A stretch of DNA of 51,670 nucleotides, the filler included, from Sphacelaria rigidula (taxonomy: Eukaryota): the NCBI GenBank assembly GCA_964200075.2. It is 4 parts of 4 records of this genome, joined end to end, with 100 filler letters (N's around TTAATTAATTAA, not from the genome) between each part and the next. Parts side by side here need not be neighbours in the genome. Positions count along the whole stretch, not along the records: positions 38,829 to 51,670 come from CAXNAA020003371.1; 3 more parts are not named here. One strand, given 5' to 3'. Position 1 is the first letter of the stretch, and every line of letters starts with the position of its first letter. Under the pieces are notes generated by a model that saw only the letters and a list, made by a program, of their open reading frames with translations, had not been told where the DNA came from and did not search any database. The translations under genes were made by a program, and so were the position numbers. Below, piece by piece: positions 39,524-50,864 of the stretch.

Positions 39524-39987
39524 TGTTGGATATTATTCGCTGGCACGGCACTGTCTCACTGGACAGTTAAGCAGAGGCTTGCACTGTAGTGGTTAAGCTA
39601 CTTGCGAGGAGCCAGTGTAGTAAGATCAAGATAGTGTAGTTCGGCGCTTCTGGCCTGGAATATCAAACAGCCTCTTTTGTAAGAGAGAGCTGTGGAAGCA
39701 AAACTGGGTTGCTGGGGAGAGTGAGAAGCGAGGGGCGAGCGAGAGCGAGCCTCAATACTTTCCACTCTCTGGACGAAAACCAATGCTGTACCTAAACCAA
39801 AAATATCTTAAAATGTATCCTATATTACCGTGAAAAAGGTACAGTGAAACAACACATACGGGGTTTACAGTTCACCTGAACCGTAACAAATAACATTCAG
39901 TCGTGCCGCTTATGCAGTACAGTAACTTGGAGCGTCGATTTCAATCACACACAAAAAACCTGGACTGTCCTGTCTAAATTTGCAGCA
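39524..39987 (-). repeat. Copia 3' LTR
   Basis: Near-identical to 46187-46651; preceded on the minus strand by the PPT. Confidence 0.92.
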
Positions 39988-40162
39988 CTCCCCCGTGATT
40001 GACATGTCGCTATCAAAGAAAAGTAGTGTACCGCACACGCTATGTGTAGCAAGCGAATACTATCAGCCGAACTATGTTGTACTGACAGTACCCAAAGTCA
40101 ATCGTCGAGATACGCACTCGTACTGTTGTACAACTCACATCTATACTGTTAAAACGACTTAA

Positions 40163-40363
40163 CCCCTAGACCCCGAGATTAGTCTTTCTAGATCATGCAT
40201 ACTTTTTTTGCACTTGAAATTGATGCCTATTCAATAGAAGACTAACCTCGCTGTCTAGGGGTTAACCCTCAGACCGCGAGGCTAGTCTTCTGTTGAATCG
40301 GCATCAATTTCGAGTGAAAACAAATATACATGATCCAGAAAGACTAATTTCGCGGTCTAAGGG
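40163..40363. mobile_element. Two adjacent ~98-bp piggyBac-like MITEs (40163-40261, 40266-40363) in opposite orientation
   Basis: TTAA-CCC...GGG-TTAA-CCC...GGG-TCAA with ~24-bp TIRs CCCYTAGACCGCGAGRTTAGTCTT. Duplicated at 46827-47027. Confidence 0.85.
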
Positions 40364-40938
40364 TCAACCCTTGGACCAATTTAAGAAAATAAACTAGTCA
40401 CTGTTACAAATCTCCGCTCACATGCGCATGTATTTGCATGTGCATCAGATTTCCGTGAGCTCCAAAAAAAAAGTTAGCAACCAAAAACAATTGTGCGGTA
40501 ACATCAAACCGCGAATTGTTTTTATCCTGTGACGATGTAGCAATCAACGATAACTTACAAATGGCAAATATGTTTCCCCCTCTCTCTCCCCTCTAAAAAA
40601 GCACCCTTGCCAAAAGAAAGAAGAAAAAAGGACAAAGTAGGCAAGGACGGAAAGAACATCGCAAACCTAGAGGTCGTTGCGCGCATTGTTCCTACAGCGT
40701 GTTTTCTGGACCTTGTTTAATAAATGCAGGAGTTTGCACACTGTGGTTTTAGCATGCTCCTCTGGACCTTGAGACTGCACTCGAATAAAACAAAAGCAAT
40801 CAGAACAAATTCACCCAACGCAGGTAATTTTGCCGCGCTTTCTATATAATGTACGAGTATTACAGGCATCTTACACCTACTTGGGTTCTTTCACTCAATC
40901 ACATTTCTTAACAGAAAAATCGAACTAAGTCAAGTTCC

Positions 40939-41511
40939 TCAAACTCCGGTGACCGCGTTTGGGTCTCTGTAGTAAATGGTTGGTCGATTAGGACGAGAAA
41001 TCAACCGGATTCCATATAATAATCTGTCAGTCTGGGGGTCGTATATCCTCCTCAGCTCAAGAAAGTCGAATTCCAACGGGCGTTCGATGTGGCATGCCTT
41101 GACTAAAAAGTTGAAGATCCTAACATCAATAAAAATAAAGCAAGGCGTTGTGGAGGTACAACTGTGGTAGGCTCCTCAAAAATGGAGGATATTGGGGTAC
41201 TCTCGATCATCGGTGAACCCGTACGTCTTGAGTGTATCCGCCATCCTCGCTCGCTCCTCTGGTTGCTGCTCGGGAATAAGGATGTCCAGACAAATGGAAG
41301 CTCGGGCTCCCCAATCGATGTAAGGCATTACACGTCCTTGGACTTGTAGTGGTTGATTGTTTAGGCGTGCCCGTGCGTTGGGCGTCACCCCGTGTCTTGA
41401 TCTCTGGCGGTACGCGGTGCGCGGTGCACGACCATTAGTTGCAGAGTTTTGTGCGGATTGTCTGCGCGTGTTTCTCGTTCCGTTGTTGTGGGTGTTGATC
41501 CGGTAGCTCAT
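40939..41511 (-). CDS. Extra ORF of unknown function in the Copia 3' region, interrupted by one in-frame TGA (41176-41178)
   Basis: ATG at 41511; 111 codons, TGA, then 78 more open codons in the same frame (GAYHSCTSTTPCFIFIDVRIFNFLVKACHIERPLEFDFLELRRIYDPQTDRLLYGIRLISRPNRPTIYYRDPNAVTGV*). Confidence 0.5.
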
Positions 41512-41644
41512 ATTGTTGGAGAGTGGTGAAGGTTAGATTTTGAAAAATAGATGTTGGGGGTTGATGAATGATGTGGTGTGGTGCCCCTGGGATGGTCGAG
41601 ATGTCGCTTGGGTGATGACACTCGAACAAAATTAGAAGGTCGAA

Positions 41645-41768
41645 GATGAGCGTTGGAGATGATGGTAGTGGTTGAGCGTTGACGATGATGATCGAAGTTG
41701 AGCGTTGACGATGATGATCGAAGTTGAGCGTTGACGAAGATGATCGTGGTTGAGCATTGACGACGATG
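41645..41768. repeat. 26-bp tandem repeat (GTTGAGCGTTGACGATGATGATCGAA) x~5
   Basis: Lies just after the pol stop codon; duplicated at ~48309-48432. Confidence 0.9.
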
Positions 41769-41801
41769 CTAAAAATAGATGTCCTGCCGGATAAATATCC
41801 G

Positions 41802-44800
41802 TTATCTCCCGAATTCGGTTATGGCCTTCAGCAGTCTCTGATGTACGATTCTATCACAGCTTTTGGTGAGAAGATCCGCTAACTGTTCCGAAGATCGTAC
41901 ATAGTTTATTCTTAGTTGTCCGGCTCGAATCATATCTTTTAAACTCAAGAATCGTATCGCCAGGTGTTTCGAGCTGGTGCTGAAGTTGGCGTTTGAAGAC
42001 AGATGAAGTGCGTCTTGTGAATCCGAGTAGATAGTCGCGGGCTCACTAGATGACCATCCAAGCTCTCGTAACAGATTGAAGAGATACGTTCCGAATTCGC
42101 CGCATTTCGAAAAGGCACTCAACTCGGCTTCTGTCGTTATAGTGGCTGTTATACGTGGTAAGCTCGAAGTGAAACGAACTAGCCCGTCAGACAGAAAAAA
42201 TAACGTCCCCGTTGTTGATCGCATTTTCCCCTGAAGTCCGGCATTACCACAGGTTGTGGTTCTTCTGTCGTTGGGTCGAACGTCTCGAAGCCAGGCGCCT
42301 GTCTGCGGAATACTGTTACCCGTAGCTTGCCTTTCAAAAAAGCAGTTTGTACGTCTAGGGCTGAAATGGACCGATTTTTTCGCAGTAGCAATTGCCAGTA
42401 ACAATCGCTGGCTTTCCAACCTGCAAAATGGAGCGACCTGTTCAACTCCGACAGTGCCTATGTACTGACATACCATTTCCAATGTTGCTGCAGCATGCTG
42501 ACCCGCAGAAGACATGAAAGCTAGTCGCTTTAGCTCACTGGCTTGCCGTTTGTTAACGGGTCCAGGAGGATGATGATTGGGACCACCGGCTGAACGCAAC
42601 CTCCTTCGGGCGATAGGCGGCCCGGTAGTCGGTGAGTTATTCTCCGTGGTGCTGTCCTCTAGCTGAGCTATACCATCGTTAATATTGTTGTTGAAGTTGT
42701 TGATATCGTCGTGTTGTTCCTAATCAACTGCAGATACGTCGGGTTCCTGGATATCCAAAGCCGGAAAATCTTCATCGCTGCAAGGAGCTCCTGTTACTTG
42801 TTCGATGAAAGTGACGTTTCTGGAGCTGGATATTTTGCCCGAGTAGCGGTTGTAAATGCGGTACGATGGACTATCGGAATCATACCCTACTAGCACTCCT
42901 TCCCAAGGCTTTTCTTCTAAGTTACTGTGATGACGCTCCCTGTGCACAAACGCCCTCGAGCTGATTGTCCGCAAGGATGATAGCTTCGGTTGCTTGAGAA
43001 ACATTCAAAAATATGGTGTATCGCCGCCGATGCTCGTGTGCGGTAGGCGGTTGATTAAAAGGACCGCAGTTGCAGCAATTTCTCCCCAAAGAATTTTCGG
43101 CAAATTCGATTCGTTCAGGAGACAACGTATAACGTTCAAGATGCTCCGCCCGTCTCTTTCACTGATGCCATTCTGCTGAGGAGTATATGGACTGGTGAAC
43201 TCTTGACGGATGCCCGTAGTCTTGCAGTACTTCAAAAATAGTCCGCGATGTATTCACCCCCACGGTCTGACCGCAGACGGTGTACACGGAGTCCTAAAGG
43301 AATAGCCAAATCTTGGATGAACCTGCAGAGCGTAGTTAGGGTCTCATCCTTCGTTTTGATGAAGTAGACTACATTGAAGCGCGAGAAGTGATCCGTAAAC
43401 TTTGCCATGTTGCGGTAGCCGCCCTGCGCCATAGGCGTAATCGGCCCTGTTACGTCAGTGCTGAGCAATTGCAGTCGTTCCGAAATGTTTGTGGTGTCTA
43501 CGGTCTTTGGGTGGTCCTGCTGTACACTCTTATTAAGCTTGCACGTTACACAAGGTGACAGTGACCCCTCAAAGTTCACACCTGATTCAGGAATATTCAG
43601 TAGACGGCGCATGACCTGCTCCGTGGGATGTCCAAGTCGCCTATGCCAGATGTCTGCTCCTGTCGTGGTAGTCAAAGCTGTCGGTTCTGCTCCCGCTGTG
43701 GCAGACATGGCTGCTGAAGATCCCGGCATGTCGTGGTGAATGGCTTCTGCAACAATGGCTGACCCGATCCCCATAGATTCTCCTGAAATAATTGTAGCTG
43801 TAAATGCTGAGCTTTCATTAATATTACCTTGTTTCCGAGAAGCTCTCACGCTGATGTACTGTAACGCTCCGTTGCTGTCACTGTTGATTGGTACTTTAAA
43901 CTTTGCAAGGTCGACATGGGACTCGTGAAAAAATATAGTCGAAGCCCCCTTTGCAAGAGCTTGCACAGCGGAGAACAGATGCTTCCCCAAACCTGGGACA
44001 ATTACGGCTGGGAGCCGTACAGAACGTTGGTACCCCTCAGAGTCAATGACCACGGTGTTCAGAACTCCTTTTGCTGTACCATGTAGTAGATGGCGTCCCG
44101 CTGTTAAAATAGTCATCGGTGGATCGAGTTTGACCAGCTCGACCATTTCACGGTCGATATCGGGTGGCAACTCATCATCCAAAAAGTGTCCAGTGCTGCC
44201 GCTATCCACTGTCAACTGAAACGAAATTTGATCTGATGTATCAGTGACATGTGAACCAGAAAGAAAAGAAACTCCCATACCGTTTGGTGGTAAGGATGCA
44301 TCTATCACTGTTGCAGCTGTTGATGAAGAAGTTTCCAGGCCGTTGTTGTTCGATGGTACGGTTGTGGAAGCTGGGTCGGCGACGGCTGTGTTGGCGTGGC
44401 ATTGATGTCCGTTGGAGTTGTTGCTGCCGATGTTGCTGTTGTGGTTGCTTCTGCTGTTGTTGCTGCTGCTGTTGTCACTGCTGTTACTTCGATGGCGGGG
44501 GTTTCTACGATGATGATGGTTATTGTTGTTGTTTCTAGCGTTGATGGCTGCATTCCCGCGGTTTTGTTGAGATCTACACTCAGTATCGTCATGCTTGTCA
44601 GTGTGATGGAAACTGCACCATTATACAGGCCTGTTCCCATTTTCTGACTGCAGTTGGGAGCGACAGTCTCTGGCCTGATGTCCAGGTCTCCCGCAGGTGT
44701 AGCAATTTCCACGGAATTTCTGGGGTTGATTCAAAGATTTCGACAGTGATGTCACCAGCAGTGATGAATCGCGGCCATGCGATTTCCCGGAGGTATATCT

Positions 44801-45650
44801 ACGCGCCATGCGATTAGCAGCATACATATTTCGCATTGTTGTTTCGATGCTCTGAATACTGAGATCTGGATCACGCTCCGCATTGTATTTGATGAGGTCA
44901 TACTCACTTGTTAAACCTTCGATCACTATGTCAGTCAGCCTTTCTTAGGAAATGACCTCGCCAACGTTGTCCAGTTCGTCCCGAAGCTGATACACTTCGC
45001 TCAAGAAAGTATTAGGGTCTTGCCCTGGTGACATAGTGACGCTATTGAGTTCTCTCATCAAGATCCTGATTCTCTGCTTCGAAGAAGTTTGATACTTGGA
45101 AATCAAACCCTCCCATGCACGTTTGGCGTTTGGTTTCTCTGAACCCTTCGGCTGGAAACGCAACAAATAACTCACTGCAGGACCAGTTGTAGACAGATAC
45201 AAGACGTGGAACAATTGTTGACTGCATCGGTCCCAACTTTCTATCTCACGCGTGTTACAAACCCGTCTCACATGTGACACCACGCTTGGAAAACGAGATT
45301 CTCGTGAAATATGATCGTCTTCTTCGGCAGGCCGAGTCTCATCCACCGCTGCAATCGTCTCGTCCCCCGCGGTTGCCTCCGCCGATGAGAAGGGCGGTCG
45401 AACGGACGACTGCTGGCGGGTGGTTTGAGAACGAGTTCTAGCAGGGGTAGCTCTTGTGGCAGCAGGTTGTGGAAGATCTACCTAAGAAAACATTTCTTCT
45501 AATTCCGCGGGGTGTTTGACCCCGTAAGGATATCCGCAATCCCTGGACGAGTTAAAGAAATGATAGCGCGCGTGGAGTGCATCCACTCGACGAACTTTGT
45601 ACCGTCGAACTTGTTGATGCTCTTGATTGATGAGACACTTTCTACAATAG
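41802..45650 (-). pseudogene. Copia gag-pol, disrupted
   Basis: Gag (KFDGTKFVEW; RAWEGLISKY; CYTCGRPGHQARDC zinc knuckle), protease (LTVDSGSTGHF), pre-integrase (WHRRLGH..CVTC), integrase (STDVTGPI, LRSDRGGEY, PQQNGISER), RT fragment (ALDVQTAFLKG), RNase H (RSTTG, TEAEL, IYSDSQ, SKHLAIRF, QLADLLTK). Contains stops and frameshifts. Confidence 0.95.
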
Positions 45651-46059
45651 CCCCCCCCCAAAACCAGCTAAAAGTGTCACGAAAGAAATGGCCATAGAGC
45701 GCCTCATGTTCGGGTTTAGGCTGCATGAAACGCCTCATATTGGCGACATTAGCTAGAACGGACCCAAGCGTTGGAATTCCCAGCTTCTTGTTGTGCTCGG
45801 CGTTTCCCATTTCGATTTACGTGAAGATTTTGCCTCCCAGAACCATGCACATTTGGGGGAGGGGCTATCGTAGAAAGTGTCATGAGCTGAGTTGCAGATG
45901 TCTCTCCCGACATAATCATCTGCCTCACGTTACTAATAAAACTATTCTCTTCACCCCTGCAGATCTTTTCGAAAGATCAGGGTTCTTGGACTCTTGATTG
46001 TCGCTGCTGTGGCGACCTTGATATGACATCTCCTCGCTCGTGCTGACCGATGTAGTTTT

Positions 46060-46186
46060 GACGCGAAGGCTGATGACCTGAAGACCTAGGTGGTCGCGAA
46101 TCGAAGGCACCTGTTGGCCTGTGTGGTCGCGAACCGAGGCTGATAGCCTGTTGATCTATGTGGTCGCGAATCGAAGGCTCGAAACC
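46060..46186 (-). promoter_or_regulatory. PBS region with 3-4 reiterated LTR-end/PBS-like units
   Basis: Minus strand: CAACA|GGTTTCGAGCCTTCGATTCGCGACC...CAACAGGCTATCAGCCTCGGTTCGCGACC...CAACAGGTGCCTTCGATTCGCGACC...CAGGTCATCAGCCTTCGCG. Confidence 0.6.
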
Positions 46187-46651
46187 TGTTGGAAACTATT
46201 CGCTGGCACGGCACTGTCTCACTGGACAGTTAAGCAGAGGCTTGCACTGTAGCGGTAAAGCTACTTGCGAGGAGCCAGTGTAGTAAGATCAAGATAGTGT
46301 AGTTCGGCGCTTCTGGCCTGGAATATCAAACAGCCTCTTTTGCAAGAGAGAGCTGTGGAAGCAAAACTGGGTTGCTGGGGAGAGTGAGAAGCGAGGGGCG
46401 AGCGAGAGCGAGCCTCAATACTTTCCACTCTCTGGACGAAAACCAATGCTGTACCTAAACCAAAAATATCTTAAAATGTATCCTATATTACCGTGAAAAA
46501 GGTACAGTGAAACAACACATACGGGGTTTACAGTTTCACCTGAACCGTAACAAATAACATTCAGTCGTGCCGCTTATGCAGTACAGTAACTTGGAGCGTC
46601 GATTTCAATCACACACAAAAAACCTGGACTGTCCTGTCTAAATTTGCAGCA
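46187..46651 (-). repeat. Shared Copia LTR (5' LTR of copy 1 = 3' LTR of copy 2)
   Basis: PBS region on one side (<46187) and PPT on the other (46652-46658). Confidence 0.92.
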
Positions 46652-49600
46652 CTCCCCCGTGATTGACATGTCGCTATCAAAGAAAAGTAGTGTACCGCAC
46701 ACGCTATGTGTAGCAAGCGAATACTATCAGCCGAACTATGTTGTACTGACAGTACCCAAAGTCAATCGTCGAGATACGCACTCGTACTGTTGTACAACTC
46801 ACGTCTATACTGTTAAAACGACTTAACCCCTAGACCGCGAGATTAGTCTTTCTAGATCATGCATACTTTTTTTGCACTTGAAATTGATGCCGATTCAATA
46901 GAAGACTAACCTCGCGGTCTAGGGGTTAACCCTCAGACCGCGAGGCTAGTCTTCTGTTGAATCGGCATCAATTTCGAGTGAAAACAAATATACATGATCC
47001 AGAAAGACTAATTTCGCGGTCTAAGGGTCAACCCTTGGACCAATTTAAGAAAATAAACTAGTCACTGTTACAAATCTCCGCTCACATGCGCATGTATTTG
47101 CATGTGCATCAGATTTCCGTGAGCTCCAAAAAAAAAGTTAGCAACCAAAAACAATTGTGCGGTAACATCAAACCGCGAATTGTTTTTATCCTGTGACGAT
47201 GTAGCAATCAACGATAACTTACAAATGGCAAATATGTTTCCCCCTCTCTCTCCCCTCTAAAAAAGCACCCTTGCCAAAAGAAAGAAGAAAAAAGGACAAA
47301 GTAGGCAAGGACGGAAAGAACATCGCAAACCTAGAGGTCGTTGCGCGCATTGTTCCTACAGCGTGTTTTCTGGACCTTGTTTAATAAATGCAGGAGTTTG
47401 CACACTGTGGTTTTAGCATGCTCCTCTGGACCTTGAGACTGCACTCGAATAAAACAAAAGCAATCAGAACAAATTCACCCAACGCAGGTAATTTTGCCGC
47501 GCTTTCTATATAATGTACGAGTATTACAGGCATCTTACACCTACTTGGGTTCTTTCACTCAATCACATTTCTTAACAGAAAAATCGAACTAAGTCAAGTT
47601 CCTCAAACTCCGGTGACCGCGTTTGGGTCTCTGTAGTAAATGGTTGGTCGATTAGGACGAGAAATCAACCGGATTCCATATAATAATCTGTCAGTCTGGG
47701 GGTCGTATATCCTCCTCAGCTCAAGAAAGTCGAATTCCAACGGGCGTTCGATGTGGCATGCCTTGACTAAAAAGTTGAAGATCCTAACATCAATAAAAAT
47801 AAAGCAAGGCGTTGTGGAGGTACAACTGTGGTAGGCTCCTCAAAAATGGAGGATATTGGGGTACTCTCGATCATCGGTGAACCCGTACGTCTTGAGTGTA
47901 TCCGCCATCCTCGCTCGCTCCTCTGGTTGCTGCTCGGGAATAAGGATGTCCAGACAAATGGAAGCTCGGGCTCCCCAATCGATGTAAGGCATTACACGTC
48001 CTTGGACTTGTAGTGGTTGATTGTTTAGGCGTGCCCGTGCGTTGGGCGTCACCCCGTGTCTTGATCTCTGGCGGTACGCGGTGCGCGGTGCACGACCATT
48101 AGTTGCAGAGTTTTGTGCGGATTGTCTGCGCGTGTTTCTCGTTCCGTTGTTGTGGGTGTTGATCCGGTAGCTCATATTGTTGGAGAGTGGTGAAGGTTAG
48201 ATTTTGAAAAATAGATGTTGGGGGTTGATGAATGATGTGGTGTGGTGCCCCTGGGATGGTCGAGATGTCGCTTGGGTGATGACACTCGAACAAAATTAGA
48301 AGGTCGAAGATGAGCGTTGGAGATGATGGTAGTGGTTGAGCGTTGACGATGATGATCGAAGTTGAGCGTTGACGATGATGATCGAAGTTGAGCGTTGACG
48401 AAGATGATCGTGGTTGAGCATTGACGACGATGCTAAAAATAGATGTCCTGCCGGATAAATATCCGTTATCTCCCGAATTCGGTTATGGCCTTCAGCAGTC
48501 TCTGATGTACGATTCTATCACAGCTTTTGGTGAGAAGATCCGCTAACTGTTCCGAAGATCGTACATAGTTTATTCTTAGTTGTCCGGCTCGAATCATATC
48601 TTTTAAACTCAAGAATCGTATCGCCAGGTGTTTCGAGCTGGTGCTGAAGTTGGCGTTTGAAGACAGATGAAGTGCGTCTTGTGAATCCGAGTAGATAGTC
48701 GCGGGCTCACTAGATGACCATCCAAGCTCTCGTAACAGATTGAAGAGATACGTTCCGAATTCGCCGCATTTCGAAAAGGCACTCAACTCGGCTTCTGTCG
48801 TTATAGTGGCTGTTATACGTGGTAAGCTCGAAGTGAAACGAACTAGCCCGTCAGACAGAAAAAATAACGTCCCCGTTGTTGATCGCATTTTCCCCTGAAG
48901 TCCGGCATTACCACAGGTTGTGGTTCTTCTGTCGTTGGGTCGAACGTCTCGAAGCCAGGCGCCTGTCTGCGGAATACTGTTACCCGTAGCTTGCCTTTCA
49001 AAAAAGCAGTTTGTACGTCTAGGGCTGAAATGGACCGATTTTTTCGCAGTAGCAATTGCCAGTAACAATCGCTGGCTTTCCAACCTGCAAAATGGAGCGA
49101 CCTGTTCAACTCCGACAGTGCCTATGTACTGACATACCATTTCCAATGTTGCTGCAGCATGCTGACCCGCAGAAGACATGAAAGCTAGTCGCTTTAGCTC
49201 ACTGGCTTGCCGTTTGTTAACGGGTCCAGGAGGATGATGATTGGGACCACCGGCTGAACGCAACCTCCTTCGGGCGATAGGCGGCCCGGTAGTCGGTGAG
49301 TTATTCTCCGTGGTGCTGTCCTCTAGCTGAGCTATACCATCGTTAATATTGTTGTTGAAGTTGTTGATATCGTCGTGTTGTTCCTAATCAACTGCAGATA
49401 CGTCGGGTTCCTGGATATCCAAAGCCGGAAAATCTTCATCGCTGCAAGGAGCTCCTGTTACTTGTTCGATGAAAGTGACGTTTCTGGAGCTGGATATTTT
49501 GCCCGAGTAGCGGTTGTAAATGCGGTACGATGGACTATCGGAATCATACCCTACTAGCACTCCTTCCCAAGGCTTTTCTTCTAAGTTACTGTGATGACGC

Positions 49601-50200
49601 TCCCTGTGCACAAACGCCCTCGAGCTGATTGTCCGCAAGGATGATAGCTTCGGTTGCTTGAGAAACATTCAAAAATATGGTGTATCGCCGCCGATGCTCG
49701 TGTGCGGTAGGCGGTTGATTAAAAGGACCGCAGTTGCAGCAATTTCTCCCCAAAGAATTTTCGGCAAATTCGATTCGTTCAGGAGACAACGTATAACGTT
49801 CAAGATGCTCCGCCCGTCTCTTTCACTGATGCCATTCTGCTGAGGAGTATATGGACTGGTGAACTCTTGACGGATGCCCGTAGTCTTGCAGTACTTCAAA
49901 AATAGTCCGCGATGTATTCACCCCCACGGTCTGACCGCAGACGGTGTACACGGAGTCCTAAAGGAATAGCCAAATCTTGGATGAACCTGCAGAGCGTAGT
50001 TAGGGTCTCATCCTTCGTTTTGATGAAGTAGACTACCTTGAAACGCGTGAAGTGATCCGTAAATTTTGCCATGTAACGGTAGCCCCCCTGCGCCATGGGC
50101 GTGATCGGTCCTATTAGATCAGTGCTGACCAGTTGCAGTCGTTCCGAAATATTCGTGGAGTTCACAGGCTTTGGGTGGTCCTGCTGTACACTTTCGTTAA

Positions 50201-50400
50201 CCCGTAGACCGCGAGTTTAGTCTCCTGTTGAATCGGCATCAATTTCAAGTGAAAAACAATATGCATGATCCAGCAAGACTAACCTCGCGGTCTAGGGGTC
50301 AAGCCTTAGACCGCGAGGTTAGTCTTCTGTTGAATCGGCATCAATTTCAAGTGAAAAAATGTATGCATGTTCCAGAAAGACTAATCTCGTGGTCTAAGGG
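50201..50400. mobile_element. Two head-to-tail piggyBac-like MITEs (50201-50298, 50303-50400) inserted in the integrase region
   Basis: Flanked by TTAA (50197-50200) and TTAA (50401-50404); copy 1 has a single TTAA at 43533-43536. Confidence 0.92.
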
Positions 50401-50767
50401 TTAAGCTTGCACGTTACACAAGGTGACAGTGACCCCTCAAAGTTCACACCTGATTCAGGAGTATTCAGTAGACGGCGCATGATCTGCTCCGTGGGATGTC
50501 CAAGTCGCCTATGCCAAATGTTTGCTCCTGTCGTGGTAGACAAAGCTGTCGGGTCTGCTCCCGCTGCGGCAGACATGGCTGCCGAAACTCCCGGCATGCC
50601 GTGGTGAATGACTTCTACAACAACGGCTGTCCCGATGCCCATGGATTCTCCTCACATAATTGTAGCTGTGAATGCTGAGCTATTATTAACACTACCCGGT
50701 TTCCGAGAAACTCTCACGCTGATGTACTGTAACGCTTCGTTGCTGTCACTGTTAATTGGCACTTTAA

Positions 50768-50864
50768 CCCTTAGACCGCGAGGTTAGTCTTCTGTTGAAT
50801 CGGCATCAATTTCAAGTGAAAAAAGTATGCATGATCCGGAAAGACTAATCTCGCGGTCTAAGGG
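50768..50864. mobile_element. Single 97-bp piggyBac-like MITE
   Basis: TTAA-CCCTTAGACCGCGAGGTTAGTCTT...AAGACTAATCTCGCGGTCTAAGGG-TTGA; empty TTAA site at 43896-43899 in copy 1. Confidence 0.92.

Larger units (their letters stand above)
39524..46651 (-). mobile_element. Ty1/Copia LTR retrotransposon copy 1 (non-autonomous, RT core deleted)
   Basis: LTRs 39524-39987 and 46187-46651 (TG...CA); PPT GGGGGAG at 39988-39994; domain order gag, protease, integrase, RT fragment, RNase H. Confidence 0.95.

Noticed and set aside
41645-41768. 26-bp repeats as a CRISPR array
   Set aside because: No unique spacers; it is a simple tandem repeat inside a retrotransposon.
44251-44712. Cys-rich, Thr-rich and Val/Ala-rich ORFs (also 51273-51626)
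   Set aside because: They are alternative frames of the Asn/Ser-rich linker in Copia gag.
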